Source: Eledone cirrhosa
Taxonomy: Eukaryota
Assembly (NCBI GenBank): GCA_964016885.1
Contig: OZ024744.1
Location: 93,744,001-93,808,000 of the forward strand
DNA length: 64,000 nt
Direction of reading: 5' to 3'
Shown here: piece after piece, positions 54,263-64,000 of the stretch
Position numbering within the stretch: the stretch's first letter is position 1
How the letters are laid out: every line of letters begins with the position of its first letter
Made by a program: the position numbers and the translations under genes
The notes under the pieces: generated by a model
The model's database searches: none
What the model was told of the DNA's origin: nothing
The model's input: only the letters and a program-made list of their open reading frames with translations

Positions 54263-57200
54263 CCCTGTGAAGTGGAAAGTATAATATTTGGGCCTTTTTG
54301 GCCCAAATATTTGATTAATATTTGAACATTTTACTTTTAAAAATAAAAAAAAAACATGGCTGAGCCCCCCCCCCCCCTATAATATGTCTGCTGTCGTGTG
54401 ACGACGGTGTAAAAGTTGAGAGGAGGGTTACAAACATTGTTACAACAAACACCACCACACACAACGTGAACAAAGACAACACTGAGAACACTAATTTTGA
54501 AAAAATTACCACACCAACTACAATAACAGCGTCAACCAAATACAGACAACAGAAAAAAATGACAACAAATGCAACAACGACATTAACACCACTAACAAGA
54601 AAATAAACAACGACAACACCAACAGCAACAATATCAATTGCACCGAAAACAACAACAACGGTGGCACCAAAAACACAACCAACTACAACATTGATAACAG
54701 CAACAGCACCAACAACACCATTTGTAGCAGTAGCAACAGCAACAGCACCAACAACAAGACCAGTAGCAGCAGTAGTGGCAGCAATAATAGTGCCGCTGAA
54801 AAAGGGGTCACTTCTTTCGCAGGTGTGGCCTGAAATATGGAGATAGTGCTATTCACGGAGGAGGAGATGGCAGTCGCAAGAGCCATGGTGTCAAGAAATG
54901 ACAGTAGAGTTTCCCTGAAACCTCCACCCGATTTCTTCAAAGACCAGCAGCTGTGTACGGTGACTTACCACACCATAAGCAAAATGTCACATCAGGTGGA
55001 GAGAGCCACAGAGGCTCAAATCCCAAAGGCCTTGGGGTGCATCTGGGCGCGCAAAACCCACATCACCTGAGGCAAAAAGTACGCCACAGTAGATGTACTT
55101 TTCGCCACCCTCCAGTCTCACTCTGTGGAAACCCTAAAGAGCGAGGAGATAGTCTTGATACCCTACTACTGCGGGCATAAAATTGAGAGGGTCAAAGTGA
55201 CCCAGGTTCCGCCCGAAGTGCCCATACCTTGGCTGGCCACGTCTGTACTTGCTGGAATCGAGGAGAAGACCACCATACTGCAAATACAGAGAATGGGAAG
55301 AGAGAACTGGTCAGGAATAGGCATGCAAATGCTAAAACAAACTGACCAGGAGTGCATCGAGGCCATCCCAGATATCATAGACCTCCAGGAAGGATTCTAA
55401 CTCCCTATAAGCATGGTAGTAAGGTGCCCAAAGTGCTATCTCTGTGGGCAGAAGGGTCACCTCAGGGCCTTCTGCCCACAGAAGACAGCCAAGAAGAGGG
55501 ACCTCCCTCCTTCCGACGCCTGATCCGCTGCTACCAAATGCAGGGCAGGCAACAGAGGCAGAAGACCCTTCCATGGTGAGTAGGAGGGCAACGTCCATGG
55601 CACCCATACCAAGGCCACGGACAACTAAAACAGCGGCAGCAGTGGCGGCAACACCAACAGTCGCAGTAGATACACCAGCGGCAAAATTGCTGGAGCAGGC
55701 TCCACTACCACCACCAACAGCAGTGGAGCTCATCCCCCTCCCAGATGCCGCGGAATCTGACATAGATTATGAGGTGGGAGGGAAGTGGCAAACGGTCTGC
55801 CACAAAAAAGAAAAAAGAAAAAAACCCTTAGCTTCAGCCTCAAAAAGCAAAGGCAAACAAAGAGGGGTAAAAGCTGCAAGGACCACCACAAGCATCACTA
55901 CCAACAACAACCACTCCACCACCAGCATCACCAAAAACACCACCATTGCAAACACAACAAAACATACATACCCAACAGCAACAAAATCACCCCTCCCCCA
56001 AAAAAGTACACAGCCATAAACATGGCAAATAAAGAACTCTTACAACATATAAAGCAGCACACAGACATCACAGAAAAAAACTACTACACCCCACCAACAC
56101 CAATAACTCTCCTGAAAAACATAAACATCATTGAAATCAAAATAGAACATTACAAACTTTTAAAAATAAAATTCCCCAACGCAGTTGGAGACTTCAGAGG
56201 GTCGGTTACCAAGAGGATATACAGCGACATCCTCTTGGAAACACCCATGACCAGCCAAAGGGACGGTTCTACTGTCTCTACACCACACGATCAAGGTAAG
56301 TGACCCTTTCTCACTTACCCCGTTTCCCATCCAACATGGCCGTATTAAGAATAGGCAGTATAAATTTACGTGACCTGGGGTCATCTTGGAAGCAGGGTCA
56401 CCTGCTCAACGACCTCAGTGACCGGCAGCGAAGGCAATGCTTTTAGGCTAGTAGCCGTCTACGCTCCAACAGGGCAGGACGGCCAGATTTCTTCAGACGT
56501 CTAGAGACCTTTCTTGGAACGTCCCGCTCTTTGTGTTAGTGGGCGACTGGAACGGTATCTTAGATGCACGCTGGGATTATGTGGGGCTAGTAGACAGGGC
56601 AGGAGGGTGTCAAAGCGTCAACAACCTGCTCAGACGTTTTGAACTGTCTGACAGGTATAGACTGGATTATCCGAATGTGCCAATGTGGACATGGGAAAAC
56701 CGCATCGGGTCATCCAGATCATATTTAGATAGGGTATTCTGTAGGGAAACAGATAAGGCTAATGTAGGTTGTCCACAATTTAAAGTAGTCGACTACATGG
56801 ACCACAAATTTGTGATCTGTGAAGTTGACTTAGATAGACTCCATAGGCAAGGGCCTGGCTACTGGAAGCTGAATGCATCATTCCCAGCGCGCAAAGCTTA
56901 CAGAGACCGTATTAGCGAATTAGTTAAGCGAGCGTTGACGGGTGCGATCGTCAACAACAGGTGGTGGTTTACCCTGAGAAGTCAATTAGCATAGAATCGA
57001 TAAGGTTTAGCAAAGGAGTAGTGATAGAGGAAAATAGAGTAGAGGGAGAGTTAGTTAGAAAGCTAGAAGAGGCATTTAGGATAGGCATCGCAACCGACGT
57101 GCTTGCGGCGAGATTGGCACTCGACCAATTCTTCAACGCAAAGCATGAAGGCTGTGTTGTCAGAGCTAGAGTGCATGCTCTGAGACAAGAGGGGACGAAA

Positions 57201-59820
57201 GCCGTTCAATGGGCCCGGGTGGTGAAGGCGCGACGTGGCAAAAAGTCCACAATTCGGTCTTTGCCTGATCAAAACGGGCGCATGTTGCTCGAGCCCGAGC
57301 AGATGTGTGCGGCTTTTCAACAGCACTTTGCTCAATTGTTCGGGTGCAGCGGCGGGCCGGATCGGAGTATGGACTTCGGTGCATACCTCGACAGACTGCC
57401 ACGGCTCTCGATGACCGCAACGCAGTGCTGTGAAAAGCCGATAACAGCAGGATGAAAGACTGAAAGCAATGTCTGACTGCACGAGGGGTAAATCGCAAGG
57501 TTTGGATGGTCTGCCCTATGAGCTTTATGCATAAATTCCAGACTTATTCGGCGACCTCTTGGCAGATGTCTACTGCAACTGGCAGCAGAACTGGAGCCTA
57601 CCCAGTTTTGTGATCCGAGAAGCGGTGGAGCTGCTGAGAAAAGACCCGAACAAGGGGGACGTTACAGACAACTTCAGGCCCATAACTCTGCCAAACGCAG
57701 AGTTTAAGATTTTGGCCAAGGTGTTAACAAAGAGATTGGCGCTTGTCGTCGGTGATCTGGTGGGAGAGGCGCAGACATGCGCCATTCCGGACAGATCCAT
57801 CCACGACAACCTCCATCTCATGCGATACATCATAGAGAGAGTGGTTAAGGAACCTGGCATGGGTGGGGCCCTGATCAATTTGGATCAATCTAAAGCATTT
57901 GATAGGGTTGACCATCAGTACCTGGCTGCGGTCCTCGAGGCGGCTGGCCTTGGGCCCATTTTTAGGGGCCGGATCGCTGCGATTCACAGCAACATCTGCT
58001 CGATTGTGAGGGTAAATGGTCACCTGTCACAGCCTTTCAGCATCAGGTGCTCGGTCCGCCAGGGTTGCCTCCTCTCATCCCTCTTGTAAGTACTGACCCT
58101 TGAGCCGTTACTGCGCAAATTGGAGACGATGAGGGGGTTCCCACGTGAACTGGGATGCGGGAGATCCATGTCAGCTTACGCCGACGACGTCACCGTGTTG
58201 GGTATCGAGGACCAAACACGCCCAGATGCTCGGCACCGCTCTCAAAGAATACGAACTGGTGACAGGAACAAAGATAAACCAGGAAAAGTCGGTGGGCTTG
58301 CTACTCGGCACCTGGAGAGGTAAGTCCATGCCGTCTGACAGCGTCATGGGGTGCTGGACGGAAGGACCGGTTAAATTGCTCAGGGTCTGGTTCGGTCCGG
58401 ACCTCCAGATGGAGAAAAACTGGAGCAAGGTGAAGAGCAGGGCGGCCTCTCTCACCCATAAATGGACCGAGAGGAGGCTGTCTCTGAAAGGTCGGGCGGA
58501 GGTGGTGAATGAGTTCATCACGTCCGTCATCTGCTACAGCCTGACAGTAGAACCTTGCTCCCGTCCAACTCTGAGCAAAATGGAGCGCCTTCTCTTCCGC
58601 TTTTTGTGGAAGGGACGTGCTCCCATGGTCAGAAGATCCATTTTCTGTCAACACCCGTTGCGTGGAGGACTAGGCATGCATTGGCTGATGATGCGCAAAC
58701 ATGCACTGAGGCTGCGACATCTCTGGTGCTTCCTTGACAGTGAACAGGTGCGGTCGCCGTTTGCTAGACGCGCTTTTCCCCAGCTGCAGTCCTGGATCAG
58801 GAAAAGACTGAGGGATAACGCTTGGAAGCTGGAATGTCTCCAAGCGCTCACCGCCTTCTACCAGCTGGGCACTAGTATCGGTGGAACATCCACCGCGGCG
58901 TTCTATAGAGGGCTAGTGGAGGGAAAGAGCGACAACGTTCTCGGGGAGACCGTGGGCATCGAAGACGATCAGCTGTTCGCTCTCTTCAAGAGAACTTTCA
59001 GACCGAGGCCTATGGACAACTTCCAGAAATCCCTGGCCTGGCAGTGCTACCGGGGAGCGTTGCCGGTTCGGGATAAACTCTACAGGCACGGAGGTGCTGT
59101 CAGCCGAGCCTGTCTGAGATGCGCACAGGGCGACGAAACCGTCCTGCATGCACTCGTTCAGTGCCCGAGGATTGCTGACTTGTGGAGCTATGTCAAACAG
59201 CTGCTGTCACATTTAGGACGGGTCCGGTTATCGACGAGTCCATTGTGCAGATAGCCCCACCATCCTCCTTTAAAGCAGAGGAAGGGGACGCAGTTTTCAT
59301 CTGTCTGGTGGCCATGGCGAAAGAGATTGTGTGGTGGAAATGGTTGAAAGGGTTGAAGATGGACACTTTCCTCTCCGGCCAATCCCTGATTAACTTTTCC
59401 AAGTTTCACTTGAAGAGGAAAATCAGGGTGGAGAGTCAAGTGTTGTCTTCTGGTAAGTTTGTTGAAAGGTGGGTGAAAGTGGCGAGTCTGGTCCGAGTGA
59501 ATGGACCCGCTCTGAGTATGCTCCTGTAGGCTGAGGAGTGGGAAAACTGAGAGAGGGCGCTTGCCCTGGTGGTCAGGGTGGCCGTGGTCTTTTTGTGTGG
59601 TTTTCATCACAAGTGACCCTTGGAGGTTTCCTCCTTTTTGGAGAATTTTTGTTGTTTGAATTTTTTGATTTCTAGCCTGATTTCCATCTTGTTATAACCT
59701 GTTTACACGACCAAAACCCACTTTGTATCGTACTGTAATGTTCTGTGCCATCTCTAATGTTTTTCTTCATGTTAGCCCTTGTGGATAATAAAGAAACCAT
59801 TATTATTATTATTATTATTG
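54263..59820 (+). mobile_element. Tx1-clade LINE A, near full length, decayed
   Basis: ORF1 with CCHC knuckle PKCYLCGQKGHLRAFC; ORF2 APE (GDWN, YLDR, DH), RT (NFRPITL, DQSKAFDRV, VRQG, YADD) and C-terminal zinc finger; AATAAA + (ATT)n. Confidence 0.93.
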
Positions 59821-62800
59821 GCGACCTACGTAGTAAATCGTATCATAGTGAGCTCCGCAAAGGTTTGTTATTTCCGTTTGTTAAAAATTGCCATTTATGG
59901 AAAATTTTTATTGTTAACCATATATAAGCGCACATACATTGTTTTCCGAAAAGGACACCCAAAAAGATTGGGGCCTTGTGCCCAAAATTTAAACTTTTAT
60001 GATTATCAAAAAATTTCTTTGAAAAAAAATGGCTAATTCACCTCTGCACCAAGCAGCTGAAAGCCTTTCTCACAAATTAACACCTCACACCGACACCACC
60101 ATTGTAAATGTTACTACGTTTGCCAACACTACAAAAAATATAAGCAGTAGCAATATTTTAAATTTGTCTCAGGCAGACATTCATTTCCCGCCATTACCAA
60201 TGACTGCAGGTGTTAAAGCCTCCACCACCACCACCACCACCACCGCGACAACCACCACCCCCACCACCACCGCGACAACAGAAACAAAAGAAGAAAAAAA
60301 TAAATTAACTCGTGATGTCGAAATGAAATCAAGCAAAATGGACTCTTCCCCCACCAAAGACGACTGACATCACCACCACCACAACTGAAACTAAAATTAA
60401 TATTAACGATAGCAACAACAACAACAATGACATTATAAACCCCCCCCCCTCAGTTTCGCCAGAGTAGCAAAACAGTTCGAAGCATTTACGGTAACTCAGG
60501 AGGATTTAGAAAATGCCAAACAAATGGTAAAGAAAGATGGGTACAGGGTCAGCCTCACCCCCACCTAATAAAATGGAGCATCGGCGCCTATGCACCGTGT
60601 CGTATAGAACAATAAATGTAAAATCGCGCCGAGTGGAACGGGCATCCGAGTCCCAAATCCAAAAAGCTTTGGGACATGTGTGGGCAAGAAAAACCCACAT
60701 CAGACGTGGGCAAAAGTATGGAACCGTGGACGTGTTCTTTGAAACACCAGAGGAGGCTAGAGAACACTCCATGGCCCCATTAAGAAGTGACGACTTCACA
60801 CTCGTCCCAAGCTATTGTGGCCAGAGACTCGTAAAGATCAGGGTGACCCACGTTCCACCGGCCATCGAAATTCCCTGGCTAATAGCGGCTGTCCTCGCCG
60901 GCATCGAAGCCAACACGAAAATAATAGCAATAGCAAAAGAAAAGCAGGAGAACTGGTCCGGATCTGGGATGGAGCTCCTGATCCAAGCGGACCAAAAAAG
61001 CATTGAGGAGATCCCAGAGGTAATAGACCTCACTGACGGCAGCCACCTCACGGTAATTGTCGAGGGCAGAAGACCTAGGTGTGTCGTTTGTGGTGAAGGA
61101 ACCCACCTAAGGGCTTTCTGCCCTCAGGCTAAAAGGTTGAGGCCACCTCTCCTACCCACCCCAGTGACATAACCATCAACACCACCAGTAGCAGAGATGG
61201 CAGCAACAACTGTAGCAGCAACAACAGAAGCAACTATAACAGCAACAACCCCAGCAACAGTAGCAAAACCAACACCACCACCACACAACGCGCCAGAACT
61301 AGCACCAGCGCCTACACCATCCACCACGCCACAACCAAAACTAACGCCTGTGGAGGATTTTCCACTCCCCGGCCTATCACAACTGGAGACAGATTGTGAC
61401 GACGAGGAGTGGGAAACGATATCCGGAAAAAAAAAGAAACCAAAAAAGAAAAAATTCTCTTCCTTCCCCCTCCAAAAACAAAATACAGAGGGAAACAAAT
61501 AAATTAAGAAACAAAAAAGTTAGGACAGATATGCCACCATCCACACCAGCATCACCAACCCCATCAACCCAAACACCAACACCATCACCATCATTAACCC
61601 CAACACCACCATCACCTACACCACAAAAGTCACCAAAATGCGAAACAGAAACAAACCCACAACAAACGCAAACAAAACAAAACAACCAAAACGATACACA
61701 CTACACAGCATTAAATTTGAACAACAAACAATTATTACACTACATCCAACACAACACCAGCATCACAGAAAAAGACTACACAACAACCCCAAAATACACA
61801 CCACCTCCACACATACAAATCACTCGCATCACACAGAAAACGTACATGACACTAAAACAAAAATTCCCCAAAGACATCGGAGACTTCCGACAAGCACTCT
61901 CCAGGAGGATTTATAAGGACATCCTTCCTGAGGAGGCCACAAGCAGTGAAAAGGATGGAAAAACCGTCCTTCCCCTACGAGAAGTAAGGTAAGTGGTCTT
62001 TCCCATCTTTTCCACTCCTTTTCAACATGACCTCACTCAGAATAGGCAGCATAAATGCGCGTGGCTTGGGGTCGTCATGGAAGCAGGGCCACCTGCTCAA
62101 CGACCTCAGGTCACTAAACATAGATGTAGTGGCCATCAGCGAGACCAGAATCTCCGAAGCACAGGCTTTCGCACCGATCTTCGGCAGCTACGATGTGTAC
62201 GCATCTCCCAGCCGTCCGGGATCGGGGGGAGGAGTTACTGTGCTTTTTCGGAGAGGTTTGGATCTTGCCATACGGGCCATCTTCCTGGACCCAGAAGGTA
62301 AGTTGGTGGTGGTGGACGTGACCAGCGGAGACGGACAAGCTTTCAGGTTAGTGGCCGTCTATGCCCCGACAGGAGCAGGGCGGCCTGATTTCTTCCGGCG
62401 TCTGGAGACCTTTCTTGGAACGTCCCGCTCTTTAGTGTTAGTGGGCGACTGGAACGGGATCTTAGATGCACGCTGGGATTGTGTGGGATTAGTGGATAGG
62501 GAAGGAGGGTGCAAGAGTCTCACCAACCTGCTCAGACGTTTTGAACTGTCTGATAGGTACCGAATGGATTTCCCGAATGTACCAATGTGGACTTGGACAA
62601 ATCGCATAGGGTCATCCAGATCATATCTAGATCGAGTATTTTGTAGGGAAATAGATAGGTCTAGCATAGGCTGTCCACAATTCAAGATAGTCAGCTACAC
62701 GGACCACAAATTCGTGATCTGTGTGCTTGACTTAGATAGGCTTCATAGACGAGGACCCGGCTACTGGAAGCTAAACGCGTCCTTACCAGCGCGCAAGGCC

Positions 62801-64000
62801 TACAGAGACCTGATTAGCGAACTAGTTAAGCGGGCGTTGACGGGGGCCATCGTCAACAACAAGTGGTGGTTTGCTCTGAAAAGAGCGATTAGAATAGAAT
62901 CCATTAGGTTTAGTAAGGCTTTAGCAATAGAGAAAAATAGAGCAGAGGGAGAATTAGTTAGAAAATTAGATGAGGCGCTTAGCAAAGGCATCGCGACCGA
63001 CGCACTTGCGGCGAAATTGGCCCTTGACCAATTCTTCAATGCAAAGCACGAAGGCTGCGTTGTCAGAGCTAGGGTGCGTGCTCTCAGACACGAGGGGACG
63101 AAAGCCGTTCAATGGGCCCGAGTGGCGGAGGCGCGTCGTGGCAACAAAGCCACGATCCGGTCTTTGGTGGACCACGACGAGCGTATGCTACTCGATCCCG
63201 GGCAAATGTGTGAAGCTTTTCAGCGACACTTCGCTCAACTGTTCGGGGGCAGTGGCGGGCCGGATCGAGGGATGGACTTTAGTGTCTACCTCGACGGACT
63301 GCCGCGGCTCTCGGCCACTGAGGCGGAGTGTTGCGAAAAGCCGATAACAACCGCTGAAGTACGGGAGGCAATGACTAGTTGCACAAGGGGTTAAATCGCC
63401 TGGTTTAGATGGTCTGCCCTATGAACTTTACGTACAGATGCCAGACTTGTTCGGAGGCCTCTTGGCGGACGTCTACTGCAACTGGCAACAGAACGGGAGA
63501 ATTCCCAGCTCTGTGAGCCGAGGAGCGGTGGCGCTGCTGAGAAAGGATCCGAACACGGGGGATAACATAGATAATTTTAGGCCCATAACTCTGCTAAACA
63601 CAGAGTTCAAGATTTTGGCCAAGGTGCTAGCAAAGAGGTTGGCGCTTGTCGTTGGTGGTCTGGTGGGAGAGGCACAGACATGCGCCATTCCCGACAGATC
63701 CATCCACGACAACCTCCACCTCATGCGATACATCGTAGAGAGGGTAGCTAGGGAACCTGGCACGGGTGGGTCTTTGATCAATTTAGATCAGTCGAAAGCC
63801 TTCGATAGGGTCGACCATCGTTACCTAGCGGCAGTCCTGAGGGCGGCTGGCTTTGGGCCCGTCTTCAGAGGCTGGATCGCTGCCATGCACAGCGACATCT
63901 GCTCTGTAGTGAGAGTGAACGGTCACCTTTCGGAACCGTTCAACCTCATGCGCTCGGTCCGCCAAGGATGTCCCCTCTCGTCCCTATTGTACGTATTGAC
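59821..64000 (+). mobile_element. Tx1-clade LINE B, runs off the window
   Basis: ORF1 knuckle CVVCGEGTHLRAFC; ORF2 from 62027 (SINARGL, SET, YAP, GDWN, DH); frameshift ~63390; RT motifs to the window end. Confidence 0.93.

Overview
Eukaryotic, very AT- and microsatellite-rich DNA with a 200-N gap. The repeat content (tRNA-head SINEs with RTE-type tails, (TA)n/(TATAC)n fields) suggests an octopus/cephalopod genome, which is an inference. The one host gene I could reconstruct by hand is LAMTOR1 (Ragulator p18): six GT-AG coding exons on the minus strand (41102->22625), 165 aa. The rest is mobile DNA: RTE, CR1 and Tx1 LINEs, two SINE families, two Helitrons, minisatellites and at least three kinds of Penelope-like element (PLE). 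The main unannotated signal is about ten distinct families of minimal type-I hammerhead ribozyme (HHR) motifs. They have a CUGANGA...GAAA core, a short palindromic stem III and often AATAAA just downstream. They sit in protein-free modules inserted in (TA)n tracts, as fold-back pairs or as a near-identical 420-bp tandem array (2662-3840) resembling a retrozyme / circular-RNA generator. A second lead is a conserved splice donor and pyrimidine tract that could fuse ORF1 and ORF2 of the Tx1 elements in frame. All RNA structures were read by eye; none were computed.
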